Shown here in pieces: positions 37,490 to 51,827 of a stretch of 64,000 nt of DNA; position 1 is the stretch's first letter; each line of letters begins with the position of its first letter. The notes beneath the pieces are model-generated. The model made no database searches. It was not told the origin of the DNA and saw nothing but the letters and a program-made list of their open reading frames with translations. A program made the position numbers and the translations under genes. The DNA is from the human T2T-CHM13v2.0 reference genome, Homo sapiens: assembly GCF_009914755.1 (NCBI RefSeq), contig NC_060933.1. One strand, given 5' to 3'.

Positions 37490-37601
37490 CTTTTGCAAAT
37501 CAATGGAAAGCTGCTGAATGAGTGCTTGGAGCTCTTGTTCCTTTTGTTCCAGGGCTGTGATCTTACTTTCTGCACCTGTTTTTGAAGCTATCACATGATC
37601 T
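37490..37601 (-). CDS. GOLGA1: GOLGA1 exon 10 (112 nt)
   Basis: aag|AGATCAT...AAG|gtaagt; [37 protein letters not shown]; restores phase 0. Confidence 0.95.
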
Positions 37602-38083
37602 CTTCATCAAAAGAAAGCAGACAATGAACAAATTTGGATATCTCATCTAATATACAGTCTTCTGCAGGAAAAATACAAATGGTTTCTTCTGTGTCAGGGC
37701 TACAAGCATCATTAGCCACATGCAGGTTTTCAACGGAAAAAGCCTCGGCTCTCTCTGAAGCAGGAGCCCAAAGAGAAAAAGTCCACCCTAGTTTAAGAAA
37801 GAAATCCTGACCTGCCTTTCCTTAGTCTATTAATACTTTACAAACTAAAACCACACTGAATTGTTCAGCAGGGTGGAACTGTCCTGAGTTTCAGCAGCTG
37901 AAGGGGAAAATGGGTTGGAGGTAGGGTGAGGCCTGAGTCCTAGGCAGGTAAGGATGTGTCCAGAAGCCTTTGCCAGCACCGGAATCAGAAAGTGGTGTAA
38001 TGAACAATGGGGAAAGGTGGGCAGGCTATAGCCAGAACTACACTAACACCTCTTCCCAAGGGCCCCACAGACCAAGCAAGAAC

Positions 38084-38253
38084 CTCTGCTCTTCCAGCGT
38101 TGAGTAGTGTCTCTGCAATTCTTCTAGCTTCTGGCTTAAGTCTGATGACATCTGATTGGAGTTCATCAACTCCTCCTGGGTACGACTAAGTTCTCTGGTT
38201 CGTGCCTCCAATTCTTGTTCCATTTTCCCTAGACTTTCTTCTTTTTTTAAAAG
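38084..38253 (-). CDS. GOLGA1: GOLGA1 exon 9 (170 nt)
   Basis: cag|CTTTTA...CAGAG|gttctt (weak donor); [57 protein letters not shown]. Confidence 0.95.
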
Positions 38254-38311
38254 CTGACACAAAAATACAAAGTTTCATTGGGCTATGCTAAGAAAAATAC
38301 ACTTAAGATCA

Positions 38312-38647
<336 letters not shown>

Positions 38648-38767
38648 TCACGCCTGTAATCCCACCATTTTGGGAGGTTGAGGCATGCATATCGTTTAAG
38701 CCCAGGAGTTTGAGAGCAGCCTGGGTAACATGGCGAAACACCACCTCTACAAAAAATACAAAAATTA

Positions 38768-39097
<330 letters not shown>

Positions 39098-39220
39098 TTA
39101 TACTCCAGCCTGGGCAACACCGTGAGACTCCATCTATTTAAAAAAAAAAATGTGGACCAATAGCCAAATTTCTATAACATTTTTGTGGGCTTATAAGAGA
39201 ATTTATATACCCAGTAGTTA

Positions 39221-39262
39221 AAAACAAAACAAAACAAAACAAAACAAAACCCAAAACAAAAC
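39221..39262. repeat. (AAAAC)n pentanucleotide repeat
   Basis: Six perfect units at 39221-39250 plus a degenerate extension. Confidence 0.9.
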
Positions 39263-39455
39263 AGAAAAAGAACATTTTAAACAGAACTTTTCTATTTTAA
39301 TAAATTTAAAAACATACAAATATGATTAATATCAAATATGATTAATATCACATATTACTGGTGTATGTTTATCAGCAATTAGAGAGTGATGACTAGTAAA
39401 ATCAGAGTGAATAATCATCTATTCAGTATTTAGCTACTAAAACAAAAATGCATAC

Positions 39456-39584
39456 CATGTGCTTTATTTTACTTAGTTCCTGCTGCTGGAACCCCTCTAA
39501 TTCATCCATTTCATCTCTCCTTTGGAAAAGATTCATACTCTGGTTCTTCATTTCCTGTAACTGGGCTGTCAGAATATTTTTCTC
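39456..39584 (-). CDS. GOLGA1: GOLGA1 exon 8 (129 nt)
   Basis: tag|GAGAAA...ATG|gtatgc; [43 protein letters not shown]. Confidence 0.96.
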
Positions 39585-40343
39585 CTATTTGAAAGAAGAA
39601 GACATCAACTCAGGCAACGAAAGCATTAGAAATCTGTATTACGAAAGTGAAAATCTTTTCTTTTTTAAAATTTTTGTCTTTAGAGACAGAGTCTCACTAG
39701 TTGCCCAGGCTGGCCTTGAACTCCTGGGCTCATGCAATCCTCCCGCCTTGGCCTCCCAAAGTGCTAAGATTACAGACATGAGCCACCACACCCGGCCTGA
39801 AAGTGGAATTCTTAATAAAGGAAAAATCTTCAGGAAATCTCATGCCAGTGGACAATGATGCATTGATAATGGAAAGCATTACAGAAATATGGCATTATTT
39901 ACAAATTCTTTAATTGAATTAATCCTTTAACTAGAGAATTTAATTCTTTATTTAAAAATAAATGTGTTTTAAATAATTGTGAAAAAGGGGAATAAAAGCA
40001 ACAATTACGTAGAACTTTTTTTTTTTTTTGGTAGAGACAGGATCTTGCTCTGTTATCCAGGCTGATCTTGAACTCCTGGCCTCAAGACATTCTCCTGCCT
40101 CAGCCTCTCAAAGTGTTGATAGATATGAGCCATCGTGCATGGCCTATGTAGAACTTTAAAGTTCTTACATCTGTTTAGCAAGTCCAGATATATATTTTAT
40201 GTGTCTACTCTTTCGTCGTTGTTGTTTGTTTTTTGACACAGAGTCTCACTCTGTTGCCCAGGTTGGTTTGCAGTGGTGAGATCTCAGCTTACTGCATCCT
40301 CTGCCTCCCAGGTTGAAGTGATTTTCATGCCTCAGCTTCCTGA

Positions 40344-40547
<204 letters not shown>

Positions 40548-41221
40548 TGAACTGGCTGAAAAACATGAGTAACCAGTAAGATTGAATGCCTGAAAAAAAT
40601 TAAATGCACGTAGATTAAAAGTAGAACTGATTTCAGTTAACAAGCTAAAAAAAAGAAAAAAAAATTAGACATGACTGGTGTCAGCAGGTTACAATTTATT
40701 AAATGATCATTTCTAGCAGTGGACTCTTGCCTCTAATCCCAGCACTTTGGGAGGCCAAGGTGGGCCTATCGGTTGAGCACAGGAGTTGGAGACCAGCCTG
40801 CGCAACATGGTGAAACCCCATCTCTATAAAAAATACAAAAAAATTAGCCAGGCATGGTGGCATGTGCTTGTAATCCCAGCTACTCAGGAGGCTGAGGTGG
40901 GAGAATCACCTGAGCCTGAGAAGTCGAGGCTGCAGTGAGCTATGACTGTGCCACTGCACTACACTCCAGCCTGGGCATCGTGGTGAGACCCTGTCTCAAA
41001 AAAAAAAAAAAAGAAAAAAAGAAAAAAGGACTCTCTTAAGGACTAACCCTTCTGTTACAGTTTCTAACTCTTGACTGAAAAAAAAAAAAAAAACTTTAAC
41101 GATGAAAAGTAGCTTCGAAGACCTATATAGGTGTCTCATTACTATTTCCTACTCTAGAAAATTTCCCCAACCTCTCACACCTGTAATCCCAGCACTTTGG
41201 GAGGCCGAGGCAGACAGATCA

Positions 41222-41604
<383 letters not shown>

Positions 41605-42418
41605 TCAATGAGAATTTCAATTGCCATAATCTTAAGAGTTTCTTTTACAGCAAGAAAACCTTAACCCAACCCATATCTCCATATTTAAGAAGACTGTCAT
41701 TAATAGCATATGGTTGAGGATTTTTTTTTTTTTTTTCAAGCACAGGTTTCCTTGGGACTTGACTTTTCTATAATTCTTTCCTTATATAAAACTGTTGCCA
41801 GGCACAGTGGCTCACGACTGTAATCCTAGCACTTTGGGAGGCCAGGCAGGAGGATCACTTTGGTCTAGGAGTTCAAAACCAGCCTGGGCAACACAGTGAG
41901 ACCTCATCTCTATTAAAATTTTTTTAAAAATTAGCTGGGCACTGTGGCTCAAGCCTGCAGTCCTGGCTACTCAGGAAGTCTAGGTGGGAAAATCATTTGA
42001 GCCCAGGAGGTTGAGGCTGCACTGAGCTGTGATTGTGCCACTCCCAGCCTGGGCAACAGAACAACCCCTTGTCTCAAAAAAAGTTAATGTATTCTCTCAG
42101 CTTGATAATCAGATTTCTATAGAACAGAAAGTAAAGTTAACTTGGTGTTTTATGGAAAAAAAATAGTTGACACTAATGATTATTTTAAAACTAAAATGTT
42201 TTTCCAATTGTAGACTTGAAATTTCATCTCGTTTATATGTGGGAGCCAGGAATATATTACTTAAGGTACCTGTACGGTGTTATGCAAGCAATGGTACTAG
42301 AATAATCAATTTCCTCATCTACATCTAGCCAAGAGGTTCTCATATATGTTCAATGCTGAGCCTTGAGAAATGCCTTCCTTCCCCACTGCTTCATCTTTAA
42401 GTGTTCCTAATATTACCA

Positions 42419-42900
42419 CGTGTCAATCAGAACCGCAGCAGGAAAGAGACGGCCATCTCAAATCAGGCATTTTGAGGATGGTTTAATAAAGGGGCTTATC
42501 AAAGCTGTGGGATGGGTAAGATAGCCCAAAAGATAATGTGCTGGCAACAGTTGGCCATAAAGAGGCAAAAAGATGAAGAGGTTATAGGAAACCCAGAGAG
42601 ACAAAAACTATGTCAAGAAGGCAAACCAAAGGTCCAACTGAAGCTGTGACTTTGGCCATGGGATGCAACTAAGCTGAAGAGAGCCCACATGGAGAAAGGT
42701 GGGGGAAGAAACATCCTGACCACATCTTCTTTCACACATGGTTCTTTCAGGGTTCCCCACTGGCTGAACCCAACCGGATGCCAGAGGGCATTCTGAGCCC
42801 TGCTGATACAGTTTCTATCGGCGTTCAGGTACACAGAGAAAGGGAAGAGAGGAGGAGTGCAGAGTATATCAAGAGGGGCAAACAAAAGACATCCTGCACA
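42419..42900 (-). mobile_element. Old ERVL LTR (LTR33-like)
   Basis: GGTTTAATAAAGGGG.., CCCCACTGGCTGAACCCAACCGGATGCCAGAGGGCA, GAGGGGCAAAC..ATCCTGCACA end. Confidence 0.55.
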
Positions 42901-43069
42901 TTCACCAAAAAAGGGGAGGATCAGAGCTTTTCAAGTCAGTATCTAATCATAAACTGTCCTGCTTCCAAGAGGTGGTATAGCAATCAGTATGTTGGTTACC
43001 GGATAAAACGTTTTCCATACCCCAGAGACGAGACCAACAAAAATGAGACAAAAATAAAGATGAACTAAC

Positions 43070-43102
43070 CTTTTCAAGCTGATCCATCTTTTCTGACCAT
43101 TC
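43070..43102 (-). CDS. GOLGA1: GOLGA1 exon 7 (33-nt small exon)
   Basis: ttttag|GAATGG...AAG|gttagt; EWSEKMDQLEK. Confidence 0.93.
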
Positions 43103-44548
43103 CTAAAACAAAACAATAAAAAAGTATGGTTTCCAGTGAAGAGTATCTGTAATACCAAGATTTTCAGAAAACAAAACAACCCAACTCTTCCCAGAAAGCA
43201 ACTAACCAAACAAAACAAAAAAGCCAATTAAAAAAAAATCTATAAACTTGGTTTAATATTAAGAAAGGCAAGAGTCACAAAAATAGAAGAAAATGAACTT
43301 TATCTAAGATTCTAGAATGGAATGAATTCATGAATATAAGCCTGCAGATTTTTACTAAGCAGGGCACCCAAGAAAAGCTGTATCTGCTGTTCTGATGCAG
43401 CTTTTTGGCTTGTTCCTGGGAGTTTTGCCATGAGTACTGTTATTTCTTGGGAGTGGGTAGCTGGGACCAGCTGAGTTGAGTAATTCTGGAAATGATGTTT
43501 AGAAATTAATTCCTGAAACTGGGGGAGTAGGGGGGATCTTTTGCAGTCCCTGATAATCATTTTCCTTTTCATTTTGATTTTACCAACATGCTTTATGCCA
43601 TCTGTGTAAGTCAAAAGAAAAAGAATTATGCCCCTTATTCACAAACCATAAAATAGTGGGAAAAAAAGCCCATTTGCACAAAGGCAATATCCTGATTGCC
43701 TATAATCAGAATCCATCAATTTTAGATTATTTCTTCATTTATATACATTCATACCACAGTTATCCACTAAGTATTGGTAAATTGTATTTTTTCTGGCTAG
43801 TAAATGTCCTAGATGATGAACAGACACTTTAAAACCAACCAACCAACCCACCTCCTCCAGATGAAATAAATTATACAATTTCTTAAGTGAAACATAATAA
43901 ACTCTGTCTTAATAAATCAAAATTAACATTATAATATATTGATGCTTATCTTAAATTTAAAATGTCATCTATTATTTTGAACAAAATATACTTCATAATT
44001 ACTGTAATAGCCAGTAACAGAATTATTTTCCTTCCTTGTGGTTATTCATTCAGCATCTTCCAGTGGTTGGTTCTGCTGAGATTATAGGATTTCCCCTCTG
44101 TCCTGCTGGTTGGGATTGAAGAAACGTGGGAACAGAGGTTGGAAGAACTCTGTATACTATGGATTATGACTAAGTTAATAACATCTTCTCCAGGATAAAA
44201 GGCAAATGTTTGGGGGTTAGACTTTCAGAGAGGTTTTTAGAGGGGAGAGACCTTTTCTCTTATTTTGGGGCCTGCCATCAGATTACAGATACACTATTTC
44301 CCTTCTCAATTTTATGAAACTACACAGATACAAGGAATGATACTCTCACATTCTGGACACATTTCATGATTAGAACTGTAAAGTTTCTTCACTTTACAAG
44401 AAAAGGCCAAAGAAAACCTTAACGAACTTTTAACATTTCTCTTCTCCTAGGCTATAAATATTTTCTATAGGTTATGTCATGATTTTTGAAATCACGTCAC
44501 TAAGTGAAATCTTTCCACCAGTTCTGGGCAGTGCCACATATAAAATAC

Positions 44549-44646
44549 CTGGTCCTTTCTGGCTAATGCCAAAGCCAGTCCTTCTGCCATTTTGGCTCTG
44601 TTGGCTTGGAATGTCTCATTCTGCTCTTGAAATTTCCGCATGGAAG
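44549..44646 (-). CDS. GOLGA1: GOLGA1 exon 6 (98 nt)
   Basis: cag|CTTCC...CAG|gtattt; [33 protein letters not shown] (within ORF 44492..44698). Confidence 0.96.
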
Positions 44647-45576
44647 CTGTTAACAAAGAGGCTCTATTTGAGATATGAAAACACTTCAGAAACAGCATGA
44701 CAAATAGCCCATGTGATTACAACTGTCACCTAATGAAAAAGGCCAAAGTCACATAAGTGGATTGTGATACTAGGAAAAGCTGGATCCACCTCAACTTTCC
44801 AGAAGAATATTTTGGCCTTGGTAATAGACCACAGTTTTTGTTTGTTTCCTTATCGTTTTTGTTTTTTGTAATAGACAAGTATATATATTTACAAAGATGC
44901 CAAAAGGTAACTTTTTAAATGGTACAATGATAGAACACTGAGTTAGGTAGGTTGCCAGAAAACATCAAAGCTGATGCTAAGTGATGGCTACTACCACTTT
45001 ATCAGAATTAAAAACAAAAAGAAAAATCAAAACAAACAAAAAACCTTTCTTTTACTTTATTTTCCTTAAAAGTTTTAGTACATATCAACAAAAAAAATAA
45101 CTTTCTACTTCTACTAACATCTTTCTTGGATGGTACCCAAAGAATATATGATTGAGGGTAGACTACACAAAATGTATGATTTATTGCTGAGGGAGTGATG
45201 ACAGGGATTTCTCCCAGTTACTCAACACAGCAGTAATGAAGCTGTGGTGAGAACCCATTTCCTAATCCAGACCTAAGGGATGGGTACTAGATTTTATTAA
45301 AACCTGAGGGTAGCCTAAATAAAGGGGTCAACTGGATAGAGACAAGCTGATACACATAATGACCTACTCCTAAGAGTCATGCCCATAAGCCAACATAAAT
45401 AAAACTTGCATACTTATAAATATCATCCAAATGTTATATCAACCTGATTAAGAAGTACACTACTTATAAAATAAAGATTTGTGCTTTGAAGAAGGACAAA
45501 CTTAACCATACACTATTGTTTCATTTCAAAAACTAAACCTTGAAAAGATTGAAAAAAGCAGGAAAAAAATACGTAC

Positions 45577-45651
45577 AATCCTGGTGTTTTTCTAATGCAA
45601 TTTCAAGCTTCTCTTTTATCTTCTGCAAGTTTCGGACCTGTTCAGCATAGT
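45577..45651 (-). CDS. GOLGA1: GOLGA1 exon 5 (75 nt)
   Basis: aag|ACTATG...GATT|gtacgt; [25 protein letters not shown]. Confidence 0.95.
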
Positions 45652-47676
45652 CTTGGGTGAGGAGGGTGACGCACATACCAGAAATGGACAAACATCAGGA
45701 AAGGAAGTTAATTAAACAAAAAAATGAATGGAAATGATGATGATTTTCTTAACCTGAAAACCATTCCTGTTAAGGAAAGCTAGACAGACAGCCTCCCATT
45801 AACAATGAACAACACAGGAAAACAAGTATAGTACAAACTATCCATGGTGTATAAATGGTGAGTACAAAAAGGCAAGTTTGTTTAGCCTTGATAGAAAAAC
45901 AAGAATTAGGCTTAGCCTGGTGATCAGAAATGTCCTGCTATGAAAAACACAGATTTATCTCATGACTTAATTTCAAATCTCAGTTTCCACTTCCTTTTCC
46001 GGTCTTAGCAGTAGGATAGATCAAAGTGAACTCACTAAACAGCTCGCTTATAGTCCACACAACTCAGGAACAGTAGTTAGGGCAATAACAAACACCTTAG
46101 GTGCAGCATTGTCTTTATAGTGATAGCACTTAATTCTCTAAAAAAGTGAGCTCCCTTTCTACACAGGAACTTGGTAACCTACGCTACATTAAATGTGAAT
46201 GTCAGAATTAATTATCTAGGTGGCCAAAGAAGATAGTTATGGTTTAGTGAAAACATAGTAGCTCAAATCCCAACTCTGTCAGTCCTTAGCTGGGGACCTT
46301 AAGCAAATTATTGGTCCTGTAGTATTAGTTTCTTCATATATTAAATGATGATATTAATTGTACCTACCACAAAAGATGCATTAGATAAAACATTTTACGT
46401 GCCTTAAGTGCTTTGCACACAGTGCTCAATAAAATGTAGCTCTTATTGTTACTGTGACTATTATCATTACTCATACTAATACTGTAGGACAATACTCACC
46501 ACATAGTGGGCCCAGTAAATGTCAGTGCTCTTCCCTGTCCCTTCTCTAACGTAAGTCAAGCTCAACTATTCTTCCTACCATATGGGGAAGGTATATATAT
46601 TATTTTATAACTCTCTCTCCAACATTAAACAAATGTAAAATTACTTTACCTCTGTTACTGATATTATTTATGGGTAGGAGTAACAGGATAGCAACAATTA
46701 AGTTTAAGGCAGATGGAATTAAGACTCTAGCATCAAATAAATCTGGGTTTGGATCCCAGCTCTACCACTTACTACTTGTGAGGCCTTAACCTTGCTAAGC
46801 CTAATAAGGCTCTAGTGAGGACAAAATAATTAACTGGTAGTTGTGAGCTATGCTATGAACCTTTGATAACTACATAAATACAAATACTTCACATACAATT
46901 TGGTGAATTTGGGTCTGATAGCTACACAAATATAAATATTTCACATACCACTTGGTGAACTTCGGTCTGCTGTTTTACTCCAATAAAATGGGCATTAAAA
47001 GGCCAAGGGACAAAAAGAGACACAGAAGCCATGAACCACTTTACAGGATGAAGCTTTCCAAATGTATCCACTGGCAGAAACCAAAATAATAACTCACAAT
47101 TCTATCATGACCATGCCCTCCTCAGGCAAAGGATATAATGGGAGCTGTGTAAATTGTAAACTGCAGACAAAAGACATAATGAGAGTGACACCTTCTATGC
47201 AGGTGCTGAAGTCAGAAATACCATTGAAAAGTGGCCCAAAGACCTACAACAACACTTACACAGGTGGTATGAGCTGCAGGAAGTGGCAACACAGCACCAA
47301 TCTCTGGTGCTGATGAATCCAATATCTGTTGGCCATTCCCTTTAAATACTAACGCCATCCCTTTCCACCTGAAAGCAGGCTATGCTAATGGTGGAAGATG
47401 GTCAAATCTATTGTACATATATTATTATTATCTTTTATTTCCATGGCTAGAAACCTCAGGAGCAGAAAAAATTTTTTAATAAACTTTCAAATTCAGTTTT
47501 GAATTTATACTATTTACTACACTAACAAAAGAAGAGGGTATACTTGCTCCTTTCTAAAAAGATCAAAATGATATGTGAAAATAACTATAAAGTCATCCTA
47601 TATGGCTATTTTATAGGAAGAGAGTCAAGCAAGGCAAGTTTCCTGTTGTTTGCTTTTTATGAGTTCTTAGACATAC

Positions 47677-47767
47677 CAGAAAGTCTGGCCTCTAACTTCC
47701 GTATCTGTTCATTCCTTCTCAGAAGCTGGGATGAAAGATCTTCTCTGGAGCTGCTTCCATCGGAAGC
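47677..47767 (-). CDS. GOLGA1: GOLGA1 exon 4 (91 nt)
   Basis: cag|GCTTCC...CTG|gtatgt; [30 protein letters not shown]; frame continuous with flanking exons. Confidence 0.96.
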
Positions 47768-49018
47768 CTGTTGAGGTAGACACAAGGAAGGTCGTATTCA
47801 TATATGTGTGAGACCACAATACTGAGCCAGAAAGTGACAAGTCTTATTTTAGGTTTGGTTACACTTTAATTAATTGTAATCACTGAAAAGCTGGGCCTAG
47901 TTTCTCTACCTGGAAAGTGGAAGCAACGCTTTCTTCCTCTTATAAAGTGAAGGAGAGAGGAGATGCTAAACAGATCAATTTTATGTGTACGCATGCTACT
48001 GAAATAAATAATAGTAAATAGATCCATTATTACAGCAAGTATATAATACAAAAACTATATTTGCCATGATAAAAAAATCACTTTATCTTTCCAAAAGTAA
48101 AGTCCTGGGATAAAGAAGGCGGGGGTTCTTTAGGGATCAAAAGCTGGTCTATGACTACGAATCTTTCACCGATATTGATAAAGTTTCAGTATCTTCATCT
48201 ATGAAACAAACGGATATCAATCTAAAACTCTAACTTGCATCATAGACTTCAGCAGATAATATGCATTCAACAAACCAATATATTAATGAGGCATACATTT
48301 TTCCCCAACAAACCAGATTATTTTAAAATAAATGAATACTACTATTGCTATAGGCACTGCTTGCAATTGCTAATAACTCAGTTTTTAAAATCTCTTTTAC
48401 TTTTCATTATACAATTTTTCAAAATATAGAAAGGGAGAGAGATTGGTCTAAATAATGCTCTCCATCTACTTTCACAATTGCTGATGCTTTCCCTTATTTG
48501 CTTCATCAATTTTTATTTTTCTGAAGTAATTTAAATAACAGACATCATGGCATTTCATCCTAAATACTCCAAAAATTAAGGCTATTTCTCTTCATAGGCA
48601 ACATATGATTATCATTCCTAACAAAAAATACTAACATCCAGTCCTTAATCATGTTTCCCATTGTATCCCCAAAATGTTTTTAAAGATTATTCAATAATTC
48701 ACCTCAAATATTCATCTACATGTCCAGCCACTTGCCCATCCAATATGTACTGAGAGTCAGGACAGTGGACAGTTAAGAGGAGAGTCTCTGGTGTCAGAAA
48801 ACCTTGCTTCAGGTTGCAGCTTTACCACTTACGAGCTGTAAGAACTTAGGCTCATTACTCAACTTCTCTGTGCACTGGTTTCCTCATTTGCAATCTGTGA
48901 TAACAAACAGCATTTGCCTCACAGAGCTGTGATGAGGATTAAGTAAATCAATACTTGTCAAATCCCTAAAACACAGCCTGGCACATATTAGCTTTAATAT
49001 GTGTCATCTATTACTAGT

Positions 49019-49379
49019 TGTCTTAGTCTGTTTGAGTGCTATAATGAAATGCCATAGAATGTGTGACTTATAAACAACAGAAATGTATTTCTCACAGTTC
49101 TGGAGCCTAGGAAGTCCAAAATTAAGGTGCCAGCAGATTTGGTGTCTAGTGAAGACCCACTTTCTGGTTCATACATGACACCTTCTAGCTGTGCCCTCAC
49201 ATGGTGGAAGGGGCAAGGCAGCTTTCTGGGGCCTCTTTTGTAAGAGCACTAATCTCATTCATGAGGGTTCCTCCCTCATGAGCTAATCATCTCGGAGACG
49301 ATTCACCTCCTCATTCCATCACTCTAGTGATTAGGTTTCAACATATCAATTTTTGGAGACATACATTCAGACCACACCA
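49019..49379 (-). mobile_element. MLT1A-like MaLR solo LTR
   Basis: TGTCTTAGTCTG...CTCACAGTTCTGGAG...ATTCAGACCACACCA; TSD ctagt/ctagc. Confidence 0.8.
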
Positions 49380-49572
49380 CTAGCAGTATAAGAAGCTGTT
49401 ATGATTATTACTGTTAGTGAGACATAGGAGACATCCTATGTCTCACTACTGTGCTAAGCACTAGGAATAGTGGTGAAACAAAGAGCTCCTATCCAAAATA
49501 ACAGCAGCAGCAGCAACAGAAGCTAATTATGAAATGCTTAGAGCCAGACGCCATGCTAAGTGCTTTAGATTC

Positions 49573-50432
49573 TACGCAGAAGAACTGACATTACAGGCCT
49601 CAGACTGTTATCCTTAGAAAGGCCTGCTTTTAAGGTTGGTCCTTGGCTGGCATCTGGGAACTTAGATTTTGGGAGGGTTCCCATCATTCTGTTAAGAATG
49701 GCTCATTGTGCCTAAAATGTTTGTGCAAAAATATGGGTTTATGCTGAATACCTGGTTTCCTTCTGGAGTCTGGATTATTTATTTATTTATTTATTTATTT
49801 AGACAGAGTCTCGCTCTGTCACCCAGGCTGGAGTGCAGTGGTACAATGTTGGCTCACTGTAACCTCTGCCTCTTGGGTTCAAGAGATTCTCCTGCCTCCT
49901 GAGTAGCTGGGACTACAGGTGTGTGTCACCATGCTCAGCTAATATTTGTATTTTTAGTAGAGACAGGGTTTCGCCATGTTGGCCAGGCTGGTCTCAAATT
50001 CCTGACCTCAACTGATCCATCTGCCTTGGTCCCCCAAAGTGCTGGGATTACAGGTGTGAGCCACCCTGCCTGGCCTGGATTCTGGAATTTTGATACATAG
50101 TAGGCAGAGGGTGTTCACATGACCAGTCCCCAATAAAAAGCCTGGACACTGAGTCTCTAATGAGCTTCCCTGGTAGACATTTTACATGTGTTGTCACAAC
50201 TCATTGCTGGGAGAATGGAGCATGTCCTATGTAATTCCACTGGGAGAAGAATCTTGGAAGCTTGCACCTGTTTCCTCCAAGCTTTTCCCCATGCACCTTT
50301 TCCCTTTGCTGAGTCTGTTTTAGATCCTTTCACTGTAATAAATGATAGCAGTGAGTAAAACTATATGGTGAGTCTTGTGAGTCCTCCTAGTGAATAATTA
50401 AATCTGGGGATGATCTTGGGGATCCTTGACAC
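49573..50432 (+). mobile_element. MER68-like ERV LTR with an Alu inserted at ~49775-50075
   Basis: CAGGCCTCAGACTG..ATCCTTAGAAAGGCCTGC.. and AATAAAAAGCCTGGACACTGAGTCTCTAATGAGCTTCCCTGGTAGAC match remembered consensus; ends in GACACA. Confidence 0.65.
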
Positions 50433-51301
50433 ACATACTTTAATAAAGGTAGATACAGTTCCTATCCCCATTTTATAGATGTGAAAAATAAGGCAAGGAA
50501 AAATGAAGAAATTTGCCCAAAGTCACATAATAATAATAGAGCAGATATGACTCTATAACCTGACCTGAGTTCCTAAGGGCTACACTTTATTGTCTTTCAT
50601 GAAACTCCCAGTTCAGTGGAAGAGACAAACAAGCAAATCATCAATAATAATGCAGTACAGCAGGTGCTATTACAGAGGTTAGCAGAAGACAAGGCACCAA
50701 ACAGCCAGGAGGGGTAAAGGGTAGGGGGCTGCCAGAGGAGAAGGTCAGGTCAAGGGAGTTTGCTGGAAGTAACACATGAGCTGAGTCTTAAGATGCACAA
50801 GAGTCTGTCAGAGGAATGCAGGAGTGAAAGGGGAAATGAGACATTCTAGAGAGAGGAAATAGCATGTGCAAAAATTGTAAGCATGAAAGAATGTGGTCCA
50901 TTCTAGAAAGTGCAATAAATTCAGTCTGGCTGTGGCACAGGGTGTAGCAAAGTACAGTGAGATAATGCTGGCCATATAAGCTGAGAGAAGACCATGACAG
51001 TTTACCATTATGCTATAATAATGAGTCTGTACTTCATCCTGAAAATAATGGGGAAGCCACTGAGTTTTATGAGTTTTAAGTACTGGAGAGACATGAACAG
51101 ATCTGCTTTTAGAAAGATCACTTTGGGCTGTGCACAGTGGCTAGCACCTGCAGTCCCAGTACTTTGGGAGGCCAAGGTGGGCAGATCGTTTGAGCCCAGG
51201 AGTTCGAGACCAGCCTAAGCAACATGGCAAAACTCCGTCGCTACAAAAAATACAAAAATTAGCTGGGTGTGGCGGCACGTGCCTGTAGTCCCAACTACTC
51301 A

Positions 51302-51406
<105 letters not shown>

Positions 51407-51501
51407 TCAAAGAAAAAAAAAGGTCACTTTGGGGACAGGGAACCCAGATAGACTACAAGTTTGTCCCAGAAAGAAAGGCAGCTTGAAATCAAATGATAGT
51501 A

Positions 51502-51827
51502 TAGGTTGAGTATCTCTTGCCCAAACAGTTTAGGATCAGAAGTGTTTTGGAGTTTGGATTTTTTCAGATTTTGGAATGTCTGCATATACATAATATAATA
51601 TTTTGGGGATGGGACCCAAGTGTAAACGTGAAATTATGTTCCATATACGTTTTATACACATAGCCTGAACATAATTTTATACAATATTTTAAATGATATG
51701 CATTAAACAAAGTTGTGTTAAGTATTTATGTGTAAATTTTCCACTTGTGGCCATGTTGGCGCTCAAAAAGTTTAAGATTTTGGAGTATTTCAGATTTCAA
51801 ATTTTCAGATTAGGGATGCTTAACCTC
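51502..51827. mobile_element. Tigger4b-like (Tc1/mariner) MITE
   Basis: TIRs AGGTTGAGTATC / GATGCTTAACCT; internal GGGGATGGGACCCAAG. Confidence 0.8.

Noticed and set aside
47292-47312. 8-bp inverted repeat cagcacca-N5-tggtgctg
   Set aside because: Expected by chance in 64 kb
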